In this document: piece by piece, positions 48,382 to 57,767 of the stretch
How positions within the stretch are numbered: the first letter of the stretch is position 1
How the letters are laid out: each line of letters starts with the position of its first letter
Source: Polyangiaceae bacterium
GTDB lineage: Bacteria > Myxococcota_A > Polyangia > Polyangiales > Polyangiaceae
Reading direction: 5' to 3'
Assembly (NCBI GenBank): GCA_044222475.1
Contig: JBGANF010000031.1
Span: forward strand, 1 to 64,000
DNA: 64,000 bases
Program-made: the position numbers and the translations under genes
Notes under the pieces: generated by a model
What the model was told of the DNA's origin: nothing
Seen by the model: the letters and a program-made list of their open reading frames with translations, nothing else
Database searches by the model: none

Positions 48382-49212
48382 ATGTCTTCGCGGTCGTACG
48401 CCCCTTCGTTCGCTCTTCTGACCCTCGTGATGCTGACCGGTTGCAGCGGTGGCTATCTGACGCGGCCGATCGGGATCGAGCTCGATGGCGGAGACGACGA
48501 CGCGAGCGATGCTCTCACGATCGACTTCGACGCAGCAGCCCCCGACGGACCGGTCGTCCCCGTGGACCCTCCACCCGACGCGAGCAAGCCGAGCTCGCTC
48601 CTGAAGCTCAGTGAGATCGCTCCCAACGTGAGCGGCGGCGGCGACGTCATCGAGCTCCGCGCCAGCGGTGCGGGATCGATCGGCGGGTACACCGTCGAAC
48701 AAGACATCACGAACGCGGTCGTCCTCGCCACGTTGCCCGCGATCACGGTCGCGCAGGGTGACATCGTGGTCGTCCACTTGATCGCACCGAGCGGCACGAC
48801 CAACGAGACGTCGTCGAAGAGCGGCTGCTCGAGCTCCGCCTGCTACCCGACGGCGTGGGACGTCGTCGGTGGCTCGACTGGCATCACCTTCTCCGGGCGG
48901 GTCATCGTGGTCCGCAGACCCGACAAGGCGATCGCCGACGGCGCGCCCTTCTATCGCAACGGCCTCGCCTCTGGGGCGGGGTTCGCCGGCGAGCTCAGCG
49001 CGCTGCAGAAGGCCGGGCATTGGCTCCCGGCGACCTGCAACGGCGGCGTGTGCTCGTCGAACGAGCTCGCGGAGCCGCTCGCGGTCGACTGGCTCGGCGT
49101 CGGGACCAGCACGACGAGCACGACGATCGCGCGCAAAGGCACGCTCGACACGGATCGAGCATCGGACTGGACGCTCGGCCCGAGCTCGCTCGGTGTGACG
49201 AATCCCCTCTGA
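48382..49212 (+). CDS. Lipoprotein with lamin-tail-like domain
   Basis: LTGC lipobox; LKLSEIAP...DVIELR, DTDRASDW...SLGVTN. Confidence 0.7.
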   Translation: MSSRSYAPSFALLTLVMLTGCSGGYLTRPIGIELDGGDDDASDALTIDFDAAAPDGPVVPVDPPPDASKPSSLLKLSEIAPNVSGGGDVIELRASGAGSIGGYTVEQDITNAVVLATLPAITVAQGDIVVVHLIAPSGTTNETSSKSGCSSSACYPTAWDVVGGSTGITFSGRVIVVRRPDKAIADGAPFYRNGLASGAGFAGELSALQKAGHWLPATCNGGVCSSNELAEPLAVDWLGVGTSTTSTTIARKGTLDTDRASDWTLGPSSLGVTNPL

Positions 49213-49239
49213 CTCCATCGCTAGCGGCATAATGCGCCA

Positions 49240-50514
49240 GTGACCGAGGACCTACGGTGCCGCGCGGTACTGGACGACGGCAACGGGCCGCCGTGGGTTC
49301 GACTGATTCCGTCGGTGCTCGGTCTGCTCGTTCTCGCCGCCGCGGTGGGGTTCTCGGACTCGGCGTGGGTGGTTCCCTACGCGATCGGAGTCACGCTGAT
49401 CGCGGGCGCGAGGTTCCTGCCCCGCGGAGCGCGGCGGCGGAGCGCCAAGCTCGAGCTCCTCGACGGGAGGGTGAAGATCACCGCGGCAGGGATCCGCAAC
49501 GACGTCATCCGCGCTCGCGACGTGCGCGGAGCGACGAGCACCCGCACGCGTGACGGATACCGGCTGACGCTCTCCCATACGCGTCGGCCCGCACCGATCA
49601 CGATCGAGGTCGAGAGCCTCGATGCGCTGAAGCGTCTGTGCCGTTCGCTCGGCATCGGCACGCGAGGCCACGGCTCGGTCGCCTTCACCGCCACGCCGAG
49701 CGGAGCGCACGTGTTCGAGTCGGTGGTGCGACTCACGACCTGCGCTTTCGCCCTCGCGATCCCAGTGTTCCTTTGGTCGGGCCTCGAAGCGCTGGCGGCG
49801 CTCTCACTCCTCGGGACCATCGCGGGCGGAGCCATCGCCGCGCTCCTCGCGCTCGTTCGCGTGCTGACCCCGCCGAAGTCGCTCGCGCTGGACGCTCAGT
49901 CGGTGCAGATCCTCGATCGTCGCGCGTACCCGTGGGTCGCATACGCCGAGATCGAGGCCCTGACGCCGATCGCAGGTGGCTTCGTGGCCGCGACCAACAG
50001 CCGCGGTCGGAAGGAGAGCATCACCGTCGCTGCCCGTCGCGTGCCCTTGGTCCCCGAAGGCATGGACGAAGACGACCGCGCGCTCTTCCACGATCTCGTG
50101 ATGACGGCGGTCGCTCGAGCCAAGGGGCAGACGGCTCCGATGGGCGACGTCGGAAACGCGGTCGCCGAGCTCGGCAGGCGATCCGGTGAGACGTCGCGCG
50201 AGTGGCTCGCCCGGATCGACGCGATGGCCGCAGCACCAGCGGTGGCGTACCGCGGGGGGACCCTCACTCGGGAGCAGATCGCCAACGCGCTGGAGGACAC
50301 GGACCTCCCTATCGACGTTCGGGTCGCGGCGGCGCGCATGCTGGGGCGGGACCCCGAAGAGCGTCGCTTGCGGGTCGCCCCCGTCATCGCCGCCGAGCAC
50401 GACGAGCGCGTGCGCGTGCGGATCGCGGCGGCGGAAGGGAGCGACGACGCGCTGCTCGAGCTCCTCGACCAGGACGAACCCAAGGCGCTTCACTTTCGGC
50501 GCCGAGAGCGTTGA
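49240..50514 (+). CDS. Hypothetical membrane protein (two TM pairs, helical C-terminus)
   Basis: Four hydrophobic segments; CATAAT 6 nt before GTG. Confidence 0.75.
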   Translation: MTEDLRCRAVLDDGNGPPWVRLIPSVLGLLVLAAAVGFSDSAWVVPYAIGVTLIAGARFLPRGARRRSAKLELLDGRVKITAAGIRNDVIRARDVRGATSTRTRDGYRLTLSHTRRPAPITIEVESLDALKRLCRSLGIGTRGHGSVAFTATPSGAHVFESVVRLTTCAFALAIPVFLWSGLEALAALSLLGTIAGGAIAALLALVRVLTPPKSLALDAQSVQILDRRAYPWVAYAEIEALTPIAGGFVAATNSRGRKESITVAARRVPLVPEGMDEDDRALFHDLVMTAVARAKGQTAPMGDVGNAVAELGRRSGETSREWLARIDAMAAAPAVAYRGGTLTREQIANALEDTDLPIDVRVAAARMLGRDPEERRLRVAPVIAAEHDERVRVRIAAAEGSDDALLELLDQDEPKALHFRRRER

Positions 50515-50655
50515 ATGCCGGCCCAGGGGGTCGCAACAAGGTAGGGCACGAAGGGGACGGGAACTCCGGGCTGCCGAGGACGATGCGCGTCCGGGCGGAC
50601 GCGAGCCCTCCTCTGGCAACGTGCCGCGTTCGCGCGGCACCCGAGGGAGAGGTCC

Positions 50656-51108
50656 ATGCAACGCGCCACGGCCGAAGTCTTTCCGACGATCGATCTGACT
50701 GCTGACGAGCACGAGCTCCTGGAGGAGCGCGACCCGTGGCCGAGCGCGCGCGAGTCGCCGTCCGCGACGCCCGCGCCGAGCGGAATCCAGGTCACCCGGG
50801 CCGGCATCCTCGAGCGCCTCGCCGCGTACGACATCCTCCCGCCCCGCGCGGACCGCCTCAGCGACGCCGTCCTCGACGGGGTCGAGCAGGTCTTCGTCAC
50901 GTGCGCGGAGCTGATCGACGACGACTCTCGCCGGCGTGCGCTCCCGATGATCTTCGGGAGCGAGCGCGAGCTCCGCGCAGCGCTCCTCGCGATCGTGCCG
51001 ATCTACTACGACGAGCTCTTCTTCGACGAACGTACGCCGACGCGCGATCTCGTCGAGCTCACGTTGATCGCGCACGCGAAGTGGCGAAAGCACCTCCGTC
51101 TCGTCTGA
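50656..51108 (+). CDS. Hypothetical protein
   Basis: GGAGAGG SD before ATG; coding-like composition. Confidence 0.72.
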   Translation: MQRATAEVFPTIDLTADEHELLEERDPWPSARESPSATPAPSGIQVTRAGILERLAAYDILPPRADRLSDAVLDGVEQVFVTCAELIDDDSRRRALPMIFGSERELRAALLAIVPIYYDELFFDERTPTRDLVELTLIAHAKWRKHLRLV

Positions 51109-51154
51109 CGGGCACCTATAGCCAGCGCGCGGCGGACGAGGTATCTCCATTGAG

Positions 51155-51619
51155 ATGTCTCGGCAGTGGCTTGCGCTGACGTTCCTGCTGACCGCGTGCA
51201 ACACCGACAACTTCGCGGCCAATGACGCGGGGGACTCTGGGCCCGCCGACGTGGTGACCGGCACCATCGAGTGCAAGGGGACGGCGCGGGCGTGTTTCGT
51301 CGGGCAGGAATCGTGTTGCCTGCGAACCGACCAAGCGAACGACGAGTGCATCAAGCAACCCCCGCCGGGCACGATCGATTGCCCCGACGCGCAAGGATAC
51401 GTGCTCGCCTGCGACGACGAGACCGACTGCCCGAAAGGGACCGTCTGCTGCGCCACGGGGCAGGGCACGGCGATGTCGTCGAGCTGCGTCCCGTTGAACG
51501 GCTGCGTGGGCCCGAACCGCGGAGCGCTGTGTGCCCCCGATGCATCGCCGTCCCAGTGCCCGCCCACGAAGGCATGCCTACCGCTGCCCGCGTTCCCCCG
51601 CTACGCCGCGTGTCAGTGA
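51155..51619 (+). CDS. Cys-rich lipoprotein
   Basis: LTAC lipobox; CDDETDCPKGTVCC. Confidence 0.8.
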   Translation: MSRQWLALTFLLTACNTDNFAANDAGDSGPADVVTGTIECKGTARACFVGQESCCLRTDQANDECIKQPPPGTIDCPDAQGYVLACDDETDCPKGTVCCATGQGTAMSSSCVPLNGCVGPNRGALCAPDASPSQCPPTKACLPLPAFPRYAACQ

Positions 51620-52560
51620 GATCGGCGTCGCGCGAGCACAAGATCACGGTCTTCGGCGCGGGCGCCATGGGCACGCTCTACGGCGCGCGGCTCGCGCGCG
51701 CAGGCCACGACGTCGCGGTCGTCGCGCGGGGCGCGCGGCGCGAGACCGTCGCGAAGGTGGGGCTTCGGATCCGCCGGCGTGGCTCGGCCGAGATCGAGAC
51801 CGCGCGCGTCGCCGTGCTCGAGCGCCCCGAGGAGCGCCCCGCCGACGTGATCGTGGTGCTCGTGCGCCGTCAACAGGTCGAGAGCGTACTCGCCGCGCTC
51901 GCGAGCTCGAAGGACGACGTCGCGATGATGGTCAACGTCGCGTCGGGATACGACCGCTGGAAGGAAGCCCTCGGGGAGCGCGTGTTCATCGGATTTCCAG
52001 GCGCCACCGGAACGTTCGTCGACGACGACGTCGTCGAGTACGAGGTGGCCCCGTCGATCGCACAACCCACGGTGCTGGGTGAGCCGTCGGGCGCGCCCAC
52101 CGCGCGGGTCGACGCGTTCGCCCGAGCACTGCGCGACGCGAAGTTCCCGGTGCAGACGCGAAGCGACATGGATGCGTGGCAACGAACCCACGCCGCGTGG
52201 ATCACGCCGTTCATGCTCGGCGCCGCGACCGCCCGCGACGACGACGCTCGCTTCGCGAGCCGCGAGAACCTCGGCCGGTGCTTCGACGCGATGCGTGAAG
52301 CTCTCGCACTTCTCCGCGCGCGCGGCATCCCGACGACGCCGTGGTCGATCCGCGCGTTCGCTGCCCTCCCGCGCTGGCTCGTCGTCACCGTGGCCCGCAC
52401 CTTCTTGCTCGCGGCCCCGAAGCAACGCGCCCACCTCGTCGCTACCGGGATCGACTCGCGCGCCGAAGGGATCGTCCTCGCCGACGAGATGATCGCCGCG
52501 GGCGGCGACGGAGCACCGCGCGCAGCGACGCTCGAGTCGCTGCGCGACGCCGCGCGCTGA
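51616..52560 (+). CDS. Ketopantoate reductase (ApbA/PanE) family protein
   Basis: ITVFGAGAMGTLYGARLARAGHDV, GFPGA, MDAWQRTHAA; start uncertain. Confidence 0.85.
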   Translation: MRSASREHKITVFGAGAMGTLYGARLARAGHDVAVVARGARRETVAKVGLRIRRRGSAEIETARVAVLERPEERPADVIVVLVRRQQVESVLAALASSKDDVAMMVNVASGYDRWKEALGERVFIGFPGATGTFVDDDVVEYEVAPSIAQPTVLGEPSGAPTARVDAFARALRDAKFPVQTRSDMDAWQRTHAAWITPFMLGAATARDDDARFASRENLGRCFDAMREALALLRARGIPTTPWSIRAFAALPRWLVVTVARTFLLAAPKQRAHLVATGIDSRAEGIVLADEMIAAGGDGAPRAATLESLRDAAR

Positions 52561-52579
52561 CGTACCATCGGCGTCGCGA

Positions 52580-53512
52580 ATGCCGATCGAGGTCTCGAAC
52601 GCGAACCGGATCGTGTTCCCCGAAATCGGGCGGACGAAGGGCGACGTCGTCGCCTACTACGAGCGGATCGCACCGCGCCTTCTTCCCCACGTCGCCGGGC
52701 GGCCCCTCTCGATTCGGCGTTTCCCCAAAGGCCTCTCCGCGCCGGGCTTCTTCCAGAAGAACGTGCCACCCCACTACCCCGAGTCGATCACGCGCCATTC
52801 AGTGCCGCGCCAGCCGACGAAGACGCGCAAGGAGGCGGTCACCGTCTACCCGTTGCTCCGCGAGCTGGAGCACGTTCCGTACCTCGCCAACCAAGGCGCC
52901 ATCGAGCTGCACGTCCCGATGGCCCGCGCCGACGCCGCGTTCCGCCCGGATCGCTTGGTCATCGATCTCGACCCGCCCCCCGGCGGCGCGGCACGAGCGC
53001 GGCGGGCGGCGCTGATCGTTCGCGACGCGCTCGGCGACCTCGGGCTCGAGAGCGCACCGATGGCGACCGGATCGAAGGGCTACCACGTGGTGTGCGCGCT
53101 CGCGCCGAGGGTGGCCGGCGAGGTGGTTGCCGGCGCCGCCCAGAAGCTCGCCACGCTGCTGACGGCGCGCCACGGCGACGACCTCACCCTCGCCTTCCGG
53201 GTGGCGAACCGCGGCGAGCGCGTCTTCGTCGACTGGATGCGCAACATGCCGCTCGCGACGGTCATCGCGCCGTGGTCCCTCCGCGCGAGACCGCGCGCAA
53301 CGGTCGCCACGCCCCTGTCGTGGACGGAGGTGGAGACGACCGCTCCCGATGCGTTCTCCATCACCGACGTCGATCGGTTGCTCGAGCGCCCGGACACGCT
53401 CGCCGAGCTCGAGCGCGCGCCCGGCGACGGCGAGCGCTTCGTCTCCGCCGTCGACGCCGCGTTCGAAGCGTCGGGGCTCGTGCTTCAGCGGTTCGATCGC
53501 TTCAGGAGCTGA
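52580..53512 (+). CDS. ligD: Stand-alone LigD polymerase domain (AEP primase-polymerase, PolDom/Prim-PolC-like)
   Basis: TKGDVVAYY, RPLSIRRFPKG, FFQK, IELH, IDLDP, TGSKGYH, VFVDW, PWSLRAR; no ligase or PE domain. Confidence 0.92.
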   Translation: MPIEVSNANRIVFPEIGRTKGDVVAYYERIAPRLLPHVAGRPLSIRRFPKGLSAPGFFQKNVPPHYPESITRHSVPRQPTKTRKEAVTVYPLLRELEHVPYLANQGAIELHVPMARADAAFRPDRLVIDLDPPPGGAARARRAALIVRDALGDLGLESAPMATGSKGYHVVCALAPRVAGEVVAGAAQKLATLLTARHGDDLTLAFRVANRGERVFVDWMRNMPLATVIAPWSLRARPRATVATPLSWTEVETTAPDAFSITDVDRLLERPDTLAELERAPGDGERFVSAVDAAFEASGLVLQRFDRFRS

Positions 53513-53566
53513 CGTCACCGCGACATCGTCGAAGGTCGACCCCGAACCTGACGTACCCTGTCGACC

Positions 53567-54031
53567 GTGAGCGGTCGATCCGAGTACCTCTGCTACACCG
53601 ACGGCGCGTGCAAGGCCGGCGATGGCGCGCCGGGCGGCTGGGGCTTCGTGCTCCGACCGCCCGCCGGCGCGACGATCGAAGGCCACGGGAAGGCGATCGG
53701 AACGCTCGCCAAGATCATGGAGTACCGAGCCGTCGCGGAGGCGCTCGAGGCGTTGCCCCCTGGCGTCTCCGCGGTCGTGTTCTGCGACAACGAGTCGCTG
53801 ATCGAGAACCTCTCGAAGCACCTGGACACGTGGCGCGCGCGAGCCTTCACCAAAGTCGACCCGCAGATCGTCGACAGCGTGCGACGCATCGCCGCGAGCA
53901 TCGACGACAAGCGGCTCTCGATTCGCTGGCAATGGGTCCGCTCGCACAACGGCAACGCTGGCAACGAGCGCGCCGACGCCCTGGCGGCGCAGGGAGCGCG
54001 GGAGGCCAAGGCGGACCTCCGCGCGAAGTGA
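53567..54031 (+). CDS. rnhA: Ribonuclease HI
   Basis: YTDGAC, PGGWG, MEYRA, FCDNE, WVRSHNG, GNERADALA (DEDD tetrad plus His). Confidence 0.9.
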   Translation: MSGRSEYLCYTDGACKAGDGAPGGWGFVLRPPAGATIEGHGKAIGTLAKIMEYRAVAEALEALPPGVSAVVFCDNESLIENLSKHLDTWRARAFTKVDPQIVDSVRRIAASIDDKRLSIRWQWVRSHNGNAGNERADALAAQGAREAKADLRAK

Positions 54032-54061
54032 TCCGCGCTCGATCTGGTAGCCTCTCGGGTC

Positions 54062-55537
54062 ATGCGCGCGGTGGGGTGGCTCCTCGGTGGTGCGGCGTTC
54101 GCGTTCGCGCTCGACTCGGCGGCCGGCTCGCCGGCGTTCTTCGTCGGGCGCGATGGGAACCCGGTGGGCGGCGACGCTGCGCACGTGGTGATCGCCCACG
54201 ACGGCACGCGGACGGTCGTCTCGATCCAACGCGACTACCGCGGACCCGCGGCCGACCTCGCGCTCGTGATCCCCGTGCCGTCGAGCGTGCAGCGAGGGAA
54301 CGTGAACGTCCTTCCTCGCGGGCTCGTCGAGAAGGTCGAGCTGTCCACCGCACCGTTCATCGTCGATGCTTGGGAGGTCGATCCATGTCCGCCGGAGGAC
54401 GAGGGCGACTACGAGCCCGGCTACGGGCACGGCATGAAGAGCGAGGAGGGGCAAATGGGCAGCCCGTTCAGCCTCGCGATGCGCCCTCGCGACGTCCACG
54501 GAGCGTTCGGTGCCAGCGAGTACTCGATCGAAGTCGTCAGCGGAGACGACGCGACGACGTTCGACGGTTGGCTCCAGCGCGCTGGCTATCACCTGCCCGA
54601 CGCCGCGCACGCGACCCTCGCGCCCTACATGACGAAGGAACACTCGTTCGTCGTCGCCAAGGTCGATCCGAAGGCGCTCCACTTCGAGCTCGGCCGCGCC
54701 CAGCTCTCGCCGATCCGGTTCAGCTATGACGGTGACACGTTCACGCTGCCGCTCGCGCTCGGCGGAATGGACGGCGGCGTTCGCGATCTCGTGATCCACG
54801 TGGTCGCGCGCTCGCGCCAAGTCGTCGAGGGCCGGGACGACGCGACACCGCCCGTCGACGTCGCGCTCGACGTCCCGAGCGCGCGATTCGACGCATTCTA
54901 CGGGGCGATCTTCGAGGCGACGCTCGCCCGGCACCCGCAAGCTTTCGTCACCGAGTTCGCGGGATCGACCTACGGCTGCGAGGACTGCAGCGGGTCGAGC
55001 GCCAACGACGATGACTGGAGGCTCCTCGGCTTCGACGTCCTCACGTCGCTCCGTCCGGGCGAGGCGGTCGTCACCCGCCTCCATGGCCGAGCCCCGGTTG
55101 GGGACCCCGGCGCGGACGTTCGCTTCCGGTCGGCGGGGCCGATCCGAGGAGGGACTGCGTCGATCGACATGACGTCCGACGTCCGGGCTGGCGAGGCGAA
55201 GGACGCCGAGGGCAACTCCTTCCGCGCGCGCTACGTGAACTACCATCCCATGTTGGGACGATCGCAGTGTTCGGCGCCCTACCGCGGTTCCTGGAACGTC
55301 CACCCCTTGGACCACCCTTCGCGCACCATCCCCGCGCGCGGATTTGCCGATGCCTCCCGCGGCGTGAACCTCGCCGCGGTCTCGCAGAGCGATGTCCGGT
55401 CGCTCGGGCTCGCCGCGCAGACGTCGTACACCTTCGACCCGTGGCGCCCGGTGCGTCGGGGCCTCCAGTGGGGCGCAGCGTTCGGGCTCGCGCTCACTTG
55501 CGTGCTCGTCGCTGTCCGACGGCGGAGGCGGGCGTGA
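54062..55537 (+). CDS. DUF2330 domain exported protein with C-terminal TM anchor
   Basis: DYRGPAADLALVIPVP, WLQRAGY, FVVAKVD, LSPIRFSY, FVTEFA, VVTRLH. Confidence 0.85.
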   Translation: MRAVGWLLGGAAFAFALDSAAGSPAFFVGRDGNPVGGDAAHVVIAHDGTRTVVSIQRDYRGPAADLALVIPVPSSVQRGNVNVLPRGLVEKVELSTAPFIVDAWEVDPCPPEDEGDYEPGYGHGMKSEEGQMGSPFSLAMRPRDVHGAFGASEYSIEVVSGDDATTFDGWLQRAGYHLPDAAHATLAPYMTKEHSFVVAKVDPKALHFELGRAQLSPIRFSYDGDTFTLPLALGGMDGGVRDLVIHVVARSRQVVEGRDDATPPVDVALDVPSARFDAFYGAIFEATLARHPQAFVTEFAGSTYGCEDCSGSSANDDDWRLLGFDVLTSLRPGEAVVTRLHGRAPVGDPGADVRFRSAGPIRGGTASIDMTSDVRAGEAKDAEGNSFRARYVNYHPMLGRSQCSAPYRGSWNVHPLDHPSRTIPARGFADASRGVNLAAVSQSDVRSLGLAAQTSYTFDPWRPVRRGLQWGAAFGLALTCVLVAVRRRRRA

Positions 55538-57735
55538 ACGCCAAACCGTCGAACGTGGGGTTCGTCTTGGCGGGTGTCGTGATCCTCCCGCCGGCGTTCG
55601 TCTTGTCGTGGACGACCGACGATGCGTGGGGCTTTGCCCAACGCGCGGTGCTCGATGCGATCTACCGCGACGCGTTGCTGGGCTTCGCTCTCTCGTTCGC
55701 TGTCGGCGCCATCGCCACCGTCGCGTTCGGGTCTCTCGCGGCACGGACGCGGTTCCTCTTGCGCTGGTCGTCGCCCCTCGTCGCAGCCGCGGGCCTCGCG
55801 GTCGGGCTGTTCTGGTTCCAGAGGGAGAGCGCGACTCCGAACTTGGCGCTCCCGGTCGACGTGCTCCGCGAGGCGCGCAACGGGGCGACCGGCGGAGCCA
55901 TGGCCGCGATCGAGGTCGGCTCCTTCGTGGCGAGCGCGATGGCAACCGTCGCGAGCATCGTCTTCGCCATCGACGCCCGGCGAGCGAAACGCGCGCGATT
56001 CGACGGACGCCGCTTCGCCGTCCTCGCGCTCACGCTCCTCCTCGTGGTCATCGGCTTCATGGGATTCCGTCGAGGCGACGGCATCACGCTCGCTGCGTTG
56101 CCCGCGGCCGTCGGTGCGTTCGGGATCACGCTCGGAGATCTCGACGACGACGACGCGCGAGCCGCTGCCGGCACGGCGCTTCTGTACGCGATCTTCGCCG
56201 TCTCGATCGTCGCCACCGCGTTCGGGTTGGACACCGGTCGTGCTTCGCGGTTCGCCCTCGCTCTCGCGCCCCTCGCGCCGCTCGTGATGGTCGCCGCCAT
56301 CCTCGACCCCAGGCAGGTGTTCGGCGCGATCGGGACGGCGCTCCGCCCGAGCTTCGCTCCGCTCGTGGTCGGGATCGTGGTCGCGATGGCACCGTGGTTC
56401 GCGCGCAGTCGCTTCGACGCGTGGCTTCGAGCGCCCATGCCGACGCGCGTCGAAGCGCCGCTGACCGCGGGTCTCGGGAGCGAAGAGGCCTGCGCCGAGT
56501 TGGTCCTCGACGACCTCGTCACGATTCGCGGCGACCGGGTCATGGTTGGTGGGCGCGACCTGGGCCCGATCACGATGCTGGACGACGATGCGGCGACGGC
56601 CAAGCTGGTGGACGAGCACGCACCGGCGGATCGCGACGTGTGGCTCGAGCTCGACCCGCAGACGAGCGGCTCGCGGTTCGGTCATCTTCTCCGAGCGTTG
56701 GAGACCTCGCGCCGCGCGCGGTTCGACGGCGCTCTCGTGAGCTCGCACCTCCTGCCCATGCGGGGCTGCGCGCTCCACTTCGTCGCGCGCCGCGACGGGC
56801 GCGTCGTGTGCGACGCAGTCGGCATCGCGGTTCGTGCGTGCATCCCCTCGAACGAGGAAGGAGTTAAGCTCCTCGAAGTCAACCCCGGCGATGGCTTCAC
56901 GTTCCGCACCCGGTCGCTCGGTGACCATCCAGCCGAGTTCCGGACGGACGCCATCCAGGCCGTCCCCAGCCCCGACCTGCTCACCGCGCTCGACCGTTGG
57001 TGGCACGAGGAAGGCAGGCACCGGGATCAGCTCGACATGCGGTTCGATCAGCTCGTACTGGACACCGCCGACGAGCCCGTGGCCGAGGTGCTCGCGCGCT
57101 TCGCCCTCGCCCGGTCGATACCGAGGTCGGTGTCGACCTCGGTCTCCGGGCGCAAGTACCTCATCGGGGGGCAGGAAGGGGCGTTCGACGTGACGATCGG
57201 GACGCGCCACGCGCTCGATCGCAAGCCCACTCCACCGCCACCGCTCGATGCTAGTGACGACGACACGACTCCCATCGATCGTTGTCGCCGCGTCGCCTGC
57301 ACCGCCCAGGTGCTCGCCGCCGCATACCGAGCGCGCGCGGAGAAGGAGGCCACCGGTACCTACGAAAGCGCTGCCGATCGCGCTCGCGACGCTTTTCGCG
57401 ACGCCCTCGCCTTGGATCCGAACATCGCACCCCGAACGAACGACGCTCGCGTGACGAGCGCGTTCGCTCGCGCCCGAGCGAATCCGCGCCCCGACTTCGC
57501 GGTCGAGTCACTCCAAGCGACCGGCATCGACCCCGAGGCGGTCCGCGCTGCCATCGAGAAGCTTCGGCCGCAGCTTCGCCTGTGCAGTACTCCCTCCTCG
57601 CGAATCGCGGTCCAAGTCGATCTCGACGGAGGCGTGATCGCGGGCGGATGCCAGGGTGACTTTCTGCGGACGGTGATGTTCGAACCGCGGGAGCAGCCGG
57701 CGTCGTTCAGCTTCACACTGGCGGCGAAGCGCTGA
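55534..57735 (+). CDS. Multi-TM membrane protein with ExbD/TolR-like and AgmX/PglI-C-like periplasmic domains
   Basis: GTG overlaps upstream stop; ~8-9 TM, then VWLELDPQT..., FDQLVLDT..., IDPEAVRAAIEKLRPQLRLC. Confidence 0.7.
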   Translation: MNAKPSNVGFVLAGVVILPPAFVLSWTTDDAWGFAQRAVLDAIYRDALLGFALSFAVGAIATVAFGSLAARTRFLLRWSSPLVAAAGLAVGLFWFQRESATPNLALPVDVLREARNGATGGAMAAIEVGSFVASAMATVASIVFAIDARRAKRARFDGRRFAVLALTLLLVVIGFMGFRRGDGITLAALPAAVGAFGITLGDLDDDDARAAAGTALLYAIFAVSIVATAFGLDTGRASRFALALAPLAPLVMVAAILDPRQVFGAIGTALRPSFAPLVVGIVVAMAPWFARSRFDAWLRAPMPTRVEAPLTAGLGSEEACAELVLDDLVTIRGDRVMVGGRDLGPITMLDDDAATAKLVDEHAPADRDVWLELDPQTSGSRFGHLLRALETSRRARFDGALVSSHLLPMRGCALHFVARRDGRVVCDAVGIAVRACIPSNEEGVKLLEVNPGDGFTFRTRSLGDHPAEFRTDAIQAVPSPDLLTALDRWWHEEGRHRDQLDMRFDQLVLDTADEPVAEVLARFALARSIPRSVSTSVSGRKYLIGGQEGAFDVTIGTRHALDRKPTPPPPLDASDDDTTPIDRCRRVACTAQVLAAAYRARAEKEATGTYESAADRARDAFRDALALDPNIAPRTNDARVTSAFARARANPRPDFAVESLQATGIDPEAVRAAIEKLRPQLRLCSTPSSRIAVQVDLDGGVIAGGCQGDFLRTVMFEPREQPASFSFTLAAKR

Positions 57736-57767
57736 TCGGTGGCGCCGTCTCCGGTATGGTGTCGCGC

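Noticed and set aside
52580..54031. Retron, DGR or RT-based system suggested by RNase H
   Set aside because: No reverse transcriptase motifs, template/variable repeat pair or msr-msd structure seen in the window
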